Shown: positions 1 to 10,049 of the stretch, one piece after another | Layout: each line of letters begins with the position of its first letter | Position numbering within the stretch: position 1 is the first letter of the stretch | Source: Minisyncoccota bacterium | GTDB taxonomy: Bacteria > Patescibacteriota > JACMRA01 | Direction: 5' to 3' | Length of the DNA stretch: 64,000 bases | Assembly (NCBI GenBank): GCA_043772945.1 | Contig: JAYVFR010000023.1 | Coordinates: 4,159-68,158, forward strand | The notes under the pieces: generated by a model | Database searches by the model: none | Told to the model about the DNA's origin: nothing | The model's input: the letters and a program-made list of their open reading frames with translations, nothing else | Made by a program: the position numbers and the translations under genes

Positions 1-323
1 CTGAAGCTACTTGAGAGAATTTCTAAAAGATCACTATCTGAATATTGATCAGAAAGCTTTGTAAGTTTAACACTAAAAACTAACTTACCAATAAATCCAG
101 CATCAATAATTGCCGAATAATAATTATCTATAATTTCAGATTGTTTAGTGTTTGGTCTACAAGCCCTACTTCTTAAACAAATTTTAGCATATACGCCATC
201 AAAAAAAATTACTTCTTTCGTTTCTAGGAAAAGTTTAGAATCTTTTTTGTCGATAACTGCCAGATTAACTAAGTCAAAAGTAGGGTTTTTTTTAATTGAT
301 TGAATTAAATTATCACTAATCAT
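1..323 (-). CDS. hypothetical protein, 3' end cut by window edge
   Basis: Minus-strand frame opens at ATG 321-323 (MISDNLIQSIKKNPTFDL...) and runs off the window. It starts 11 nt after the stop of the upstream M16 peptidase gene, so it is probably co-transcribed. No motif recognised. Confidence 0.4.
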   Translation of the reverse strand, partial: MISDNLIQSIKKNPTFDLVNLAVIDKKDSKLFLETKEVIFFDGVYAKICLRSRACRPNTKQSEIIDNYYSAIIDAGFIGKLVFSVKLTKLSDQYSDSDLLEILSSSF

Positions 324-333
324 ATAATAAAAT

Positions 334-1581
334 TTACAATGGGTTTTTTGAGACTAAAACAATTTTTTTGTTGTCCCAATTAGTTTGAATTTGGGTATAG
401 ACGTTTTTAATATCATCTACGCTAACGGACTGGAGTTTATTAGTAAATTCATCATATTTTTCTAGATGATTGTAATTTAGTAAAGTGTTTTTACTAAAAT
501 TTAAGACAGTTTTTAGGTTGTCTTTGTCAACTAATTGCTTTTTTAGGATACTTTTTTTAAATTGTTCAAATCTATCAGCACGAAAAACTTTTGTGAAATC
601 ATTAAATACTTCTTTGGATTCTTTTTCTATAATTTCTATTAATTTAGCCTCGGCTTGAAAATTTACGATTAAGCTTTGAGTTGAAATATCGTAATAATAA
701 CTTATTCCATAAACCAGTTGTTTCTGATCTCTTAATTTATCGTACAATACCCCACCGTAATTTAAAAATAAGCTAGCAAATATTTGGCGGCTAGCTCTAT
801 TATCAAATTTAATGTCAAGCGGAATAATGTAAGTAGCATCAACATGCTCATGAGCAAATTCGTGTACGATTGGTAGAGTTTTGAAATCTAACAAAAGATT
901 TGGTGGGCAGTAGTCTATTGGTCTAAAATGTTCTATTTGGCGGTTTAGGTTATTTAAATAATGTTGAATTAGTTCCTTAGTGTATTCTAAATCAATGCCA
1001 CCACCAGCAATAGAAATAATGATTTGACTGGTGCTTAAATTTTCTTTTTGTAGTCTATAAAAGTCTTCTAAAATAGTTTGAGCAACTAATTCTGGATCAC
1101 CGAGAGTTTCATGTAATTCTAGACTCTCCTTAGTGTAAACTTGCTTATTAACATCAAAATAGAGTTTGTAGTTAGGATCTCCTCTGCGTTCACTAATTTC
1201 CCTTAATACTATTTCTTTCTCTCTATCTAAATCAATTTGATCAAAAGTAGGTTCAAAGGCCATTTCACAAAGCATTTCTAGCATTTTTTTAAAATCAGAT
1301 TTATGGCCGCTAGCTGTAAGGGCAAGTTTTAAACTGCTGGTAAAAGCATTTAAAGCAATAGATTCAGCATGTTCCCAATCTTTTAGCTCTTCATGATTCA
1401 TTTTTTTAGTACGGCTTGCAATGCAATGTTCAAGTAAATGTTTTTTACCACGGTCGTTTGCTTTTTCAAACCAGGAACCCCCAGAAGTGAAGTTAATTTC
1501 TAAACTTACTAATTCTCGTGGTATATTGTATGAAAATAGATGTACTCCAGGAGCTGGTTGCTGATAATTAAATTCAGACAC
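334..1581 (-). CDS. M16 (pitrilysin/insulinase) family zinc peptidase
   Basis: 415-aa ORF with an N-terminal HxxEH zinc motif (KKHLLEHCIASR). Length and layout fit M16 peptidases. Confidence 0.75.
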   Translation of the reverse strand: MSEFNYQQPAPGVHLFSYNIPRELVSLEINFTSGGSWFEKANDRGKKHLLEHCIASRTKKMNHEELKDWEHAESIALNAFTSSLKLALTASGHKSDFKKMLEMLCEMAFEPTFDQIDLDREKEIVLREISERRGDPNYKLYFDVNKQVYTKESLELHETLGDPELVAQTILEDFYRLQKENLSTSQIIISIAGGGIDLEYTKELIQHYLNNLNRQIEHFRPIDYCPPNLLLDFKTLPIVHEFAHEHVDATYIIPLDIKFDNRASRQIFASLFLNYGGVLYDKLRDQKQLVYGISYYYDISTQSLIVNFQAEAKLIEIIEKESKEVFNDFTKVFRADRFEQFKKSILKKQLVDKDNLKTVLNFSKNTLLNYNHLEKYDEFTNKLQSVSVDDIKNVYTQIQTNWDNKKIVLVSKNPL

Positions 1582-1603
1582 AGTAGTGATTTTTATGATT
1601 GAT

Positions 1604-2053
1604 TTATACTATAGGTAACATTTTCTGAGTAATGTTATGGTAATCTCCTTTTAATAGCTTTAACCTTGTATTCATACGGACATCTTTCTGACGATTTTGT
1701 GGAAGCATACGTTTAATTGCTTGATAAAGTACTTTAGTTGAATCCATCGTCACTTGATCTTTAGCTAAACGAACTTTCAAAGAACCTACACGACCATTAT
1801 CGTAACGAAAATATGGTTTCTTATCCATTTTTTTCCCTGTAAAAACTAGCTTGTCAGTATTAGTAATCATGACACATCCGCCCATATCGACCGAAGGCGT
1901 GTAGTCAGCTCTGTTTTTGCCCATTAATATTGATGCAACACGGGAAGCTATTCTGCCAACTGGCATACTAGAAGCGTCTATTGTGTACCATTCGCGATGT
2001 AATCCTAAAACTTTAGGTAGTGAGGAGCGAACGGAAGTATAAATTTGAGCCAT
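1604..2053 (-). CDS. rplM: 50S ribosomal protein L13
   Basis: 149 aa. Typical L13 N-terminus (REWYTIDASSMPVGRIASRVASILMGKNRADYTP) and length. Confidence 0.95.
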   Translation of the reverse strand: MAQIYTSVRSSLPKVLGLHREWYTIDASSMPVGRIASRVASILMGKNRADYTPSVDMGGCVMITNTDKLVFTGKKMDKKPYFRYDNGRVGSLKVRLAKDQVTMDSTKVLYQAIKRMLPQNRQKDVRMNTRLKLLKGDYHNITQKMLPIV

Positions 2054-2107
2054 GTTATTATATTATTTATTGTAATTTTATTTATTCAAAAGATATTTAG
2101 AGGATCA

Positions 2108-2464
2108 TTAATCAACCAATTTTACAAGGCTAGTGTCATATTGACTAAACTCGCGACTTAATTTGTATTGTTGAGTATATCCGCCATTTCTATCAGTATA
2201 TTTTGGAGCAATTGTTTCTACTAGAATACGGGCCGTATCTTCGCTAAGGAAAGGACGAATTTTACGATAGGCTAATTGAGTATTATCTCCAGCTCGTTTG
2301 CACAAGGTTACTAGTCGTTCAAATCTAGGGCGAAACCACTTAGCGCGAACAGTGAAAGTTTTAATTTGCCCGTTTTTGATTAGGCCTGTTGAAAGATCGA
2401 TCCAGAGGCGACGACGTTCTTCTTCAGTACGGTGAAATTTTTGGGATTTTTTAAGATGGCGCAT
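2108..2464 (-). CDS. rplQ: 50S ribosomal protein L17
   Basis: 118 aa. MRHLKKSQKFHRTEEERRRL... and RAKWFRPRFERLVT are L17 hallmarks. Confidence 0.95.
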   Translation of the reverse strand: MRHLKKSQKFHRTEEERRRLWIDLSTGLIKNGQIKTFTVRAKWFRPRFERLVTLCKRAGDNTQLAYRKIRPFLSEDTARILVETIAPKYTDRNGGYTQQYKLSREFSQYDTSLVKLVD

Positions 2465-2745
2465 ATTAAATTTTTTTGTCTAAAAATTATTGATTTTAAG
2501 GATCAGGTAGTTATAAGCTAGTGAAACAGATAATCAGGCTATATCAGATAGCCAACATTAAAAGGGTTAATTTGTCAATAGTTATGATTTTTGTCCATAA
2601 TTAGGATGGGTCTGACTAGTGGTTATTGGTTTCAATTTTGCTAGATGGCTAAAACCTAATGCATTGACACAAAGTCAACTTTCTGTTAGACGTGTGTATG
2701 AGCTATATTACATAGTTCCTCGTTTAATTTTTTTTAATTCATTTT

Positions 2746-3171
2746 ATGTCAAACACTTCTTTATACTCTATAATAAACAGCTGGAATTTGGATAAAATCC
2801 TACAGTTTACCAAACTAGAATATCCAGAAATCTCTAACGAAGCTTGGCTGGAAGCGCTAGGAGAATACCGAAACTACATATACTTAGGAGTGGTTTCTGG
2901 TAAATATTTGCAAATCCCAAATAAAGTTATGGATTATATTTGGCACTCGCACATTCTTCACACCAGTGATTATCAAGATTTTTGTTACACTGTTAATGAT
3001 GGTAAGTTAATCCATCATGAACCATCTCTGTATGTTGAAACAAAGTTTAATGATGATTTCAAATCACTGTCAGCAACTTCAAAAAAATATTTAGGTTACA
3101 ATGCCTTCGAAACTACTAAAAACTCTTTAGTAAAGAACCTTGTTTTTAGTTGCCCAGGTATCACGAATTAA
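2746..3171 (+). CDS. hypothetical protein with GRDP/DUF1399-like motif
   Basis: 141-aa ORF. The motif DYIWHSHILHTSDYQDFC resembles the W-H-x-H-x-L...Y..C signature of glycine-rich-domain-protein-like (DUF1399) families. Unverified. Confidence 0.5.
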   Translation: MSNTSLYSIINSWNLDKILQFTKLEYPEISNEAWLEALGEYRNYIYLGVVSGKYLQIPNKVMDYIWHSHILHTSDYQDFCYTVNDGKLIHHEPSLYVETKFNDDFKSLSATSKKYLGYNAFETTKNSLVKNLVFSCPGITN

Positions 3172-4363
3172 TTAATATGTATAAAGAGTTGCTTTTTGTT
3201 TTGGATAAACTGCAGTTTAAGTTTTGATTAAAAATTTTACTTAAATACCAATTCACCTCTGGTCTTTTGATTACAAAATGGCAAATATTTTCTGAAAATT
3301 GAAAGTCTAATTTGTAATTAATTTTACCGAAGTCAATGGTAAAATCACTTTTACAAGTGACGTAATATTCACTGTCGTCAAAAAAAACAGGTAGCTTTTC
3401 TTCTTTGTCGTCTACTACGTAATTAGTAATGCCTAGTAATTTGTAAATAAAATTCCATCTCTTTTTGCGAAAACCACTACCTTTATAGGTAGTTTTTTGC
3501 TTTGTGTTTAAAGGGCTTTTATTCTCAGATTTATACGAGCTTTTAACAACAACATAATTGAACTTTGATACTAGTTGCAAGGCTCTGGAGAAATTATATT
3601 CCACATCAAGTGTGTTAAGAGTGCAACATTCTAAAAATAAGCAAAGATTAATTATTTTTTCTTCTACATTAACACTTTCTAAAAGAGTTTTTTGTAAACT
3701 ATCTTGCTCGTAATCTAGTTCGTAACAAATCCCTTCAACTTTAGCCCATGTCCTAACTTTTTGTAGTCTAATTTGATTCATTCTAGGGCTTGCACAAATT
3801 GAAATATACTTTCCGAAAGCTTTTTGAGCTTTTAAATATTTAATCAAATCAATTAGGCAATGAGTTCCATAATCGTGCCCAATTTCCGCTACATTAATTT
3901 TATAACCTTTTTTAATTAAATCATCGCAAACTGTTATCAAATAATCACTAGTTTCTTTCTTGCTTAAAGTACTCACGCTTTCTGAATTCATTAATTCTTC
4001 TTCTACAGCATTAAAATACATATCGGCTCCTTCGGCAAAGTAGCTATATTTAAGTGGAATGAAATTATTAGCCTCAAGATTGTATATTAAATCTGCTAAC
4101 TGATTAGGTGTAAAAGTTTTGTATATATCATTGTTTGGCTTAACAACTGTATTTTGAGCTTTAGGTTTATATCTAGAATTTAGGTTTTTAAGACGATAAA
4201 TTAAGTCAATATTATCTGGAGTATTTTTAATAAAATATTTCCCATTAACTCTAGACAAAATTAATTTTTCACTTCCTTCTATGCTGCGCTTAATCCAATT
4301 AGTGACAGTAGATGGAGATACATCAAATCTTCTAGAAATTTCAATATTGCGTATAACGGTCAC
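3161..4363 (-). CDS. HTH-domain protein with uncharacterised C-terminal region
   Basis: 400 aa. The N-terminus ISRRFDVSPSTVTNWIKRS looks like a helix-turn-helix. The middle region (INVAEIGHDYGTHCLIDLIKYL...YISICAS) vaguely resembles a Rossmann/methyltransferase-like fold. It follows the coupling-protein-like gene on the same strand. Confidence 0.55.
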   Translation of the reverse strand: MTVIRNIEISRRFDVSPSTVTNWIKRSIEGSEKLILSRVNGKYFIKNTPDNIDLIYRLKNLNSRYKPKAQNTVVKPNNDIYKTFTPNQLADLIYNLEANNFIPLKYSYFAEGADMYFNAVEEELMNSESVSTLSKKETSDYLITVCDDLIKKGYKINVAEIGHDYGTHCLIDLIKYLKAQKAFGKYISICASPRMNQIRLQKVRTWAKVEGICYELDYEQDSLQKTLLESVNVEEKIINLCLFLECCTLNTLDVEYNFSRALQLVSKFNYVVVKSSYKSENKSPLNTKQKTTYKGSGFRKKRWNFIYKLLGITNYVVDDKEEKLPVFFDDSEYYVTCKSDFTIDFGKINYKLDFQFSENICHFVIKRPEVNWYLSKIFNQNLNCSLSKTKSNSLYILINS

Positions 4364-4368
4364 AACAA

Positions 4369-4836
4369 CTATCTAAAATTAAATTTACGCATCCAGTATT
4401 GAAATTTGTCTTCCATCTCCTCTTCGTAATTCAGAACTTGACTCATTTGTACGACAAACTCGCTAATTTGCGTATCGCTAGAGTCAATATAGTAGTAGCT
4501 GTAAGGACGAATTGGGTTGTTGCGTCTGATCATAATTTCAATTTGATCGTCTAAGTCATTCATACTCCAAGCGTAGCAATTAGACAAATCAATTGTTTCT
4601 TCATTAAAATTTAAAGTTTGCATGTCAGTGTCTAAAGTTAGCTGAGCAGTTTTGGCTGGGTTAACTAATATAAAAAGTATTACAGTAAAACAAGCAATTG
4701 GTGTTAGTAGACTTGTGATATCTTTGTATAAAAATATATATAAGAGTAATACGCTACTCAAACCGATAAAATAAGTTATATAAATGCGGTTGCGATTAAT
4801 CTGTAAGTACTTATCCGTGGCGGTTATTGTAATCAT
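4369..4836 (-). CDS. small membrane protein
   Basis: 155 aa with two N-terminal hydrophobic helices and an acidic C-terminal domain. Tightly packed between flanking minus-strand genes. Confidence 0.5.
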   Translation of the reverse strand: MITITATDKYLQINRNRIYITYFIGLSSVLLLYIFLYKDITSLLTPIACFTVILFILVNPAKTAQLTLDTDMQTLNFNEETIDLSNCYAWSMNDLDDQIEIMIRRNNPIRPYSYYYIDSSDTQISEFVVQMSQVLNYEEEMEDKFQYWMRKFNFR

Positions 4837-4935
4837 AAAATGATATAAGATTAGAGTTGTTTATTCAACACCAATTTTGACACACAATATATTATTTGTC
4901 TATATAAAAGCTAGTGTATGGTAATGATTTATTGT

Positions 4936-7650
4936 TTAAAAAAAGATTTTAGCACGATCTTTAATTTCTTGTTCAATTTCAGCTTTTGGTCTTCCGTATT
5001 TTTGCTTGACTCTTTCTAAAATCATTAATCTTTGTTCCTCAGCTTTTTTCATTAATTCACGATCTTTTTCGATCGCAAAGTATTCAGGGTAATTAGCCTG
5101 GATATTAAAAGGTGTAGTCCGCTGACCATTAACTAGACAAATAGCATTAAAAGTGTGAGCTTCCGGGTTTGCTATATCGGGTGGAGTTAGAGGAGTGAAT
5201 TCAGTTTCTAAATACTTGGCATCGTCAGCACTGCATCGAAAAATTAGTTTAGTTGCACAATTTGCCATAAGAGAGTCTTTTATGCGTTCACTACCATCAA
5301 CAATAACTTGTTTAACAAATTGGTGAGCTAAGTAGAAGCCAACTTTATACTTACGAATTTCCTCGAGGGCTTTAGGGATGGCATCGAACAAAAAGTTTTG
5401 CATCTCATCAATATAAACAAAATATGGAGGTCTATCAAGCGGGTTCACTCGCTCGGTTGTGCCATCAAGATTGTATTTCAAACCATCACTTCTCCCCATG
5501 CCAGCCATTAAAATACCCCCCACAATTACCATACCTATTAGATAGGCTGAAGTTTCACCAATTAAGCCCTTAGAAAGACTAACTAAAATAATTTTTTTGT
5601 TATCCATAGCTTGTCTAAAGTTTATTGAGCTTTTTTGCTGACCTATCATAGGTTTGATAAAATCATTAGTTACAAAAGGAGCGAGTTTACTTGTAATGTA
5701 AGGTATCATATTTTCAAGACTTGCTTCACCTCCAGCTTTCAAAGCTTCTTTTTCCCAAAAATCAATTACGTCCTGCTCGTCACACATTGCAAGTTTGAAT
5801 GATCGGTAATCATCGTCAGTCAAAATTTTAGGAATTTCTAGTAAAGTAGATCCGCTTTCAGGGTGGGACATTACAAGCCTCATGGCATTTTTCATGTAAT
5901 TTTCAAACATTGGTCCTCCTGTTTTTTTGAGATCATATAATTTATCCCAAATAGCAAAAAGTGTATCAATTACAAGAGTTTTTTGCTGGGGCTGTAAGGG
6001 GTCTGTTTCCATCATATTTAAAGCCAAAGGTCTATCTATCATTGATGGGCTGAAAACAATTACATCATCAATACGTTCAGGTGGAATTCTTCTTAAAATG
6101 TCATCGATGGCCTCACCGTGCGGATCTACTACGCAAGCTCCATTACCCATTTTGATGTCTTGTAAAATTACGTTGTTCATCGTTACAGTTTTTCCTGAAC
6201 CTGAACCGCCTAGCGAATAAATATGTCTAAACCTATCCTCGGTTTGTAAATATATGTCTTTGCGAACTCCACGAGCTTCTGCTCGCCCTAAGTATACATT
6301 ACCTTTACCTTCTTCAGGTATCTCTAAAGGTATAGGGGGTCTCCTAGCTAGTAACCATTTGATGGCGCTGGTTTGTACTTGCCATCCTGGAACATGCCAA
6401 AGAGAGTTAATTTCTTCAGTATTAATTATTCCTTTTTGATTTATATTCGGAGCTCTAAGAATGTAATCTTTAATGGCGTTATCAGTGTTGGTTTTGTTTT
6501 TTTTAAAGCTGTTGAAAGGTCTGATATCGTAAATTTGAAAAGCAGGTATAATATTATCCACAATTCTTTTGGCTTTGTCTTCAGTTTGAGCACTGGCAAC
6601 AACTCTTAATGTAAACAAAAAACCTGGTTTGGAAGCTTTTGCTTCAAGTTGTTTAACCATTTCAACTTGCTGGGGAGTTAATTGAATACTTTGCTTTTGA
6701 CCACTTAAATCTATTTCACGCTTATCTTTTTTATCAAATTTATCTTTCTCGTCTCCGCTATCGCTTTTACCTGATAATGCATCTGCAAATCCCTTAACAA
6801 TCGAACCTATAATTTTACCCCAGTTAATACCTTTATTGCCAGATTTTTTATTAAATAGCACTACTTCAGGGTTTTGTCCTTGTTGAATTTCAAGGGCAAA
6901 TTTTTGAATTTTAGTTTGCCAATCACCATTTTTAATTGGTGTTAAAATTAATTGTATAGAAGCCGATTCTTCTTTTTCTAAGCCACTAAGAGCGTTTGTT
7001 AAACTATTAAGAGGATCATTATCAATTAGCTTATAAGTCTTAAATGGAAGAGCTTGAGTTGTTGATAAAATCATTTCCTGAGCATACACTTGGGATTCAG
7101 GTTTAAAAAATGATGTTTTTTCGAGTCTCGTTATGTGGGCCTTAGGATAAATACTAATCAATTGCTTCTCCATTACTTCTGCAATTTGTTCACGACAGAT
7201 AAGCCAAAAACGGATTTGTTGATCAATAATTGTTATTTCTAAACTAAATCGTTCAAAATTTTTCTTTACCCAAGAGCTAGGGCTATTTTTGCTGTACTCT
7301 GACATTATGCTGTAAATCTGCTCGCCTACAGACAAGCTTTCTTTGGATTCTTTAGAACCAGCCGATCCGTATTCTTTTTGGATTTGTTCTGCACTTTCAC
7401 GCGGGACGCTAATTTCAAGGATGACGCTATCTTGCCACTGCTCTAATTTAATTTTTTGAAAAAATTTCTTTTTATATATTCTGAGACCAATAATTCCTCC
7501 AATTATAATGATTAATAAAAAAACAATTAAAAATATTATTAACGGTGTTAGATTACTTGTCCCAGAGTTACTTTGATTAGATAAACTTACCACTTTAGAG
7601 GTAATACCTGATACTGGTGGAGAAATTTGATATAAATCGTTACTAGCCAT
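4936..7650 (-). CDS. type IV secretion coupling-protein-like ATPase (VirD4/TraG/TraD-like)
   Basis: 904 aa with an N-terminal TM helix, Walker A GGSGSGKT and Walker B-like YFVYIDEMQNF. The C-terminal half has the layout of T4CP/TraM-recognition-domain ATPases. Confidence 0.65.
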   Translation of the reverse strand: MASNDLYQISPPVSGITSKVVSLSNQSNSGTSNLTPLIIFLIVFLLIIIIGGIIGLRIYKKKFFQKIKLEQWQDSVILEISVPRESAEQIQKEYGSAGSKESKESLSVGEQIYSIMSEYSKNSPSSWVKKNFERFSLEITIIDQQIRFWLICREQIAEVMEKQLISIYPKAHITRLEKTSFFKPESQVYAQEMILSTTQALPFKTYKLIDNDPLNSLTNALSGLEKEESASIQLILTPIKNGDWQTKIQKFALEIQQGQNPEVVLFNKKSGNKGINWGKIIGSIVKGFADALSGKSDSGDEKDKFDKKDKREIDLSGQKQSIQLTPQQVEMVKQLEAKASKPGFLFTLRVVASAQTEDKAKRIVDNIIPAFQIYDIRPFNSFKKNKTNTDNAIKDYILRAPNINQKGIINTEEINSLWHVPGWQVQTSAIKWLLARRPPIPLEIPEEGKGNVYLGRAEARGVRKDIYLQTEDRFRHIYSLGGSGSGKTVTMNNVILQDIKMGNGACVVDPHGEAIDDILRRIPPERIDDVIVFSPSMIDRPLALNMMETDPLQPQQKTLVIDTLFAIWDKLYDLKKTGGPMFENYMKNAMRLVMSHPESGSTLLEIPKILTDDDYRSFKLAMCDEQDVIDFWEKEALKAGGEASLENMIPYITSKLAPFVTNDFIKPMIGQQKSSINFRQAMDNKKIILVSLSKGLIGETSAYLIGMVIVGGILMAGMGRSDGLKYNLDGTTERVNPLDRPPYFVYIDEMQNFLFDAIPKALEEIRKYKVGFYLAHQFVKQVIVDGSERIKDSLMANCATKLIFRCSADDAKYLETEFTPLTPPDIANPEAHTFNAICLVNGQRTTPFNIQANYPEYFAIEKDRELMKKAEEQRLMILERVKQKYGRPKAEIEQEIKDRAKIFF

Positions 7651-7736
7651 ATTTGATCAGAGTGTATCTAGAATTTTAATTTTTGTCAGATATGGTGTTT
7701 AGATGGCTAGTGTAGGTTGAAATTATTATTTTTATT

Positions 7737-7813
7737 TGGTGGGAGAGAGCGGACTTGAACCGCCGACCGCAGACTTATAAGATCTGTGCTCTAACCAACT
7801 GAGCTACTCTCCC
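7737..7813 (-). tRNA. tRNA-Ile, anticodon UAU (reads AUA), CCA encoded
   Basis: The reverse complement folds as a cloverleaf. Segments in order: GGGAGAG-TA-GCTC-AGTTGGTTA-GAGC-A-CAGAT-CTTATAA-GTCTG-CGGTC-GGCGG-TTCAAGT-CCGCT-CTCTCCC-A-CCA. Anticodon-loop positions 34-36 are TAT. The body resembles bacterial tRNA-Ile. Confidence 0.85.
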
Positions 7814-7877
7814 TTTCTTATTCAAGAAAATTTTAAATAAATTAAAACTCCCTGTCAAACTTTATTTAAACTAGTTT

Positions 7878-8297
7878 TTAAATGCTTTTTACTTGAATTT
7901 TTTTAGCGGTAGCTCTAATGATAGGTATTTGAATTGTCAAAATTCCATCTTTGAGAGCAGCTTCTATTTTATCTGAATTGATAGTTTCAGTTACTGGAAT
8001 CTCTCGGTAGAAACCTCCCCAAAAACACTCGCTTAGTTGAGAATCGACTTCTGATTCAATATATGGTTTATTGCGAATTCCTTTAATTGTAAGTGTATTG
8101 TTGTCGTACATAACTTCTAAGTCAGGAACAGCGACTCCAGCAATTGTTGATACGATATAAATCATATCACCGCGGCGAAACATATCGACCGTTAGTTGTG
8201 GTATTGATTCTGGCATCCAAGTGGCATTTGGGTCTAAACCTAGGTTATTTGCAGTAACAGACATAGTATCAGTTTGAAAATTCGTGCTAGCGAACAT
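7878..8297 (-). CDS. Hsp20/alpha-crystallin small heat-shock protein
   Basis: 139 aa. The alpha-crystallin domain pattern LTIKGIRN...FYREIPV...ALKDGILTIQIP is present. Confidence 0.9.
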   Translation of the reverse strand: MFASTNFQTDTMSVTANNLGLDPNATWMPESIPQLTVDMFRRGDMIYIVSTIAGVAVPDLEVMYDNNTLTIKGIRNKPYIESEVDSQLSECFWGGFYREIPVTETINSDKIEAALKDGILTIQIPIIRATAKKIQVKSI

Positions 8298-8380
8298 AAT
8301 GTAATTTAATTAAGTAAATAAAATAAAGAAGTTTAAATATTAACTAATATGTGTTTTCTTTTTAGTTTTATGTCAAAGAT

Positions 8381-8410
8381 TTGACTTTTTTTAAAAAATT
8401 ATGCTATAAA
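8381..8410 (+). promoter_or_regulatory. putative sigma70-type promoter for tRNA-His
   Basis: TTGACT (8381-8386), an 18-nt spacer, then TATAAA (8405-8410), about 11 nt upstream of the tRNA start. Confidence 0.4.
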
Positions 8411-8421
8411 AAATATTGTAA

Positions 8422-8497
8422 GGCGGATGTAGTTCAGTGGTAGAGCGCCAGTTTGTGGTACTGGTTGTCGCGGGTTCGATCCCCGTCGTTCGCCCCA
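8422..8497 (+). tRNA. tRNA-His, anticodon GUG, with encoded G-1 and CCA
   Basis: Cloverleaf segments in order: G(-1)-GCGGATG-TA-GTTC-AGTGGTA-GAGC-G-CCAGT-TTGTGGT-ACTGG-TTGTC-GCGGG-TTCGATC-CCCGT-CGTTCGC-C-CCA. The extra 5' G opposite C73 is the His identity element. Confidence 0.9.
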
Positions 8498-8551
8498 TTT
8501 TAAATTTAAAAAATACAGCAATCAAATTTCTTAATTATCAATTTTTACTTT

Positions 8552-9352
8552 TTATTTTTTTATCATACTAACTAAATACAAAACTAAGTTAATAATAATT
8601 ACACTGCTGCTAACAGGAATATTCAAATTAAGAGCAAATAGCAACCCAGCTACAAACCCAAAAATAGAAAAAAAGATACTGTAAATTAAAGTTTGCTTAT
8701 AGCTTAACTGCAAGTTAATTGATGCCAAAGTTGGAAGAATCATAATTCCCGTTGTCATTACAAGTCCAATAATTGGGAGACCAATGGCAATAAACAAGCC
8801 TGCTAAGAATAATCCAAGAAAATTAAGTTTTTTGACGTTTATTTTGTTAACTGTAGCAAGATCAGCATCTAAGCTAATTAAAAAAAAACTAGAGTAATTC
8901 AAGAAATAAAATATTAGAATAACGATTCCAATTAAACTTGTCGTGTATATATCATTCAATGTTACTGTAGTAATGCTACCAAATAAATAGTTACTAAAAG
9001 TTGAGCTTAGATTTTTGGACTTGCTAATTATAATATTGGTAATTGCTAGAAATATTATAGTTAAAGCAATATTAATTGATTCAGGAAATTTTTTTTGGCT
9101 TTGGTTTAATTTAGTTATACTAAAACTCATGATTAAACTTGATAGAATTGCAGTCAAAAAAATCGGAATTTTTAAAAAAACATTAAACAAAGCTATTAAT
9201 AAAGAAGAGTGAGACAGCGTGTCAATTAGACCTGAATTACGCTTAGTAATTAATAGTAAACCTAAAATTGGTCCAATACTTGAAAAGATTATACCTATTA
9301 TAACAGTTCGCCAAAAAAACTCATATCGAAAATATTCAAGATATTCAAACAT
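8552..9352 (-). CDS. metal (Zn/Mn-type) ABC transporter permease, ABC-3 family
   Basis: 266 aa, polytopic membrane protein. Last gene of a three-gene overlapping operon with the ATPase and the binding protein. Confidence 0.8.
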   Translation of the reverse strand: MFEYLEYFRYEFFWRTVIIGIIFSSIGPILGLLLITKRNSGLIDTLSHSSLLIALFNVFLKIPIFLTAILSSLIMSFSITKLNQSQKKFPESINIALTIIFLAITNIIISKSKNLSSTFSNYLFGSITTVTLNDIYTTSLIGIVILIFYFLNYSSFFLISLDADLATVNKINVKKLNFLGLFLAGLFIAIGLPIIGLVMTTGIMILPTLASINLQLSYKQTLIYSIFFSIFGFVAGLLFALNLNIPVSSSVIIINLVLYLVSMIKK

Positions 9353-10049
9353 GATGATGGATTAGATTAATTTTATTTTTGTCTTGGCTTACTAAGAAAT
9401 CACCGACATTATGGTAACACTGAATTTGTTTGTCTAGAAATATAACACGGTGGACTTGGCTAGTAACTTCTCTAATATCATGAGAGATTATGATAATTGA
9501 AATGTTATTATTTTTATTTAAATCGGCTAAAATTTTCCAGAATTCTTCTCTGGTTTTAGAATCAATTCCTGTTGTTGGCTCATCAAGAATTAATAAATTG
9601 GCTTTACTAAGAATTGCTCTGGCTATTAATAATTTTTGAAATTGTCCTCCTGATAATATATTAACATTTTTTGACAAAAGAGTTTGCAGCTGAAATTGAT
9701 TAACTAAATTATTAAAATCTTTTAATTTAAAAATAATTCCTGTTGTTAATAATTCTTTTCCACTAGCTACTAGTTCATTAAAAGCAGAGTTAATTCTCTG
9801 GGGCACATATCCAATTATAACTTCATTGCTAATTATGATCGGTTTGTTAGCTTGAGATGGGGCTTGAATTATTTCAAGAATTAGCTTAATTAAGGTAGTT
9901 TTACCACCACCATTCGGTCCGAGAAGAGCCAAGTAATCACCTTGTTTAACGTTAAAATTAATATTTTCTAGAATTATTTTATTATTAATTTGGTAATCTA
10001 GGTTTTTTATTTCTAGTATTACATTTGTTGTATTTGTCTTTATTGACAT
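9345..10049 (-). CDS. metal ABC transporter ATP-binding protein
   Basis: Walker A GPNGGGKTTL, signature LSGGQFQK and Walker B LLILDEP. Overlaps both neighbouring genes. Confidence 0.85.
   Translation of the reverse strand: MSIKTNTTNVILEIKNLDYQINNKIILENINFNVKQGDYLALLGPNGGGKTTLIKLILEIIQAPSQANKPIIISNEVIIGYVPQRINSAFNELVASGKELLTTGIIFKLKDFNNLVNQFQLQTLLSKNVNILSGGQFQKLLIARAILSKANLLILDEPTTGIDSKTREEFWKILADLNKNNNISIIIISHDIREVTSQVHRVIFLDKQIQCYHNVGDFLVSQDKNKINLIHHHV

Noticed and set aside
2465-2745. 280-bp intergenic region upstream of rplQ, examined for an ncRNA or riboswitch
   Set aside because: It contains only a short 6-bp hairpin (ggctat/atagcc) and weak promoter-like hexamers. No recognisable conserved RNA motif is present.
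6554-6562. Perfect DnaA box TTATCCACA
   Set aside because: It is a single occurrence inside a coding region, with no cluster and no AT-rich unwinding element context. It is not an origin.
5927-6609. Three plus-strand ORFs (97, 61 and 78 aa) inside the coupling-protein-like gene
   Set aside because: They lie wholly antisense to a long motif-bearing ORF, have odd composition and show no start signals. They are shadow ORFs.
2465-7813. Integrative conjugative element inserted at tRNA-Ile, suggested by the coupling-protein-like gene next to the tRNA
   Set aside because: There is no integrase or relaxase. I found no direct repeat of the tRNA 3' end in 2465-2745 or elsewhere nearby. VirB4 and the pilins are located elsewhere, as if chromosomal.
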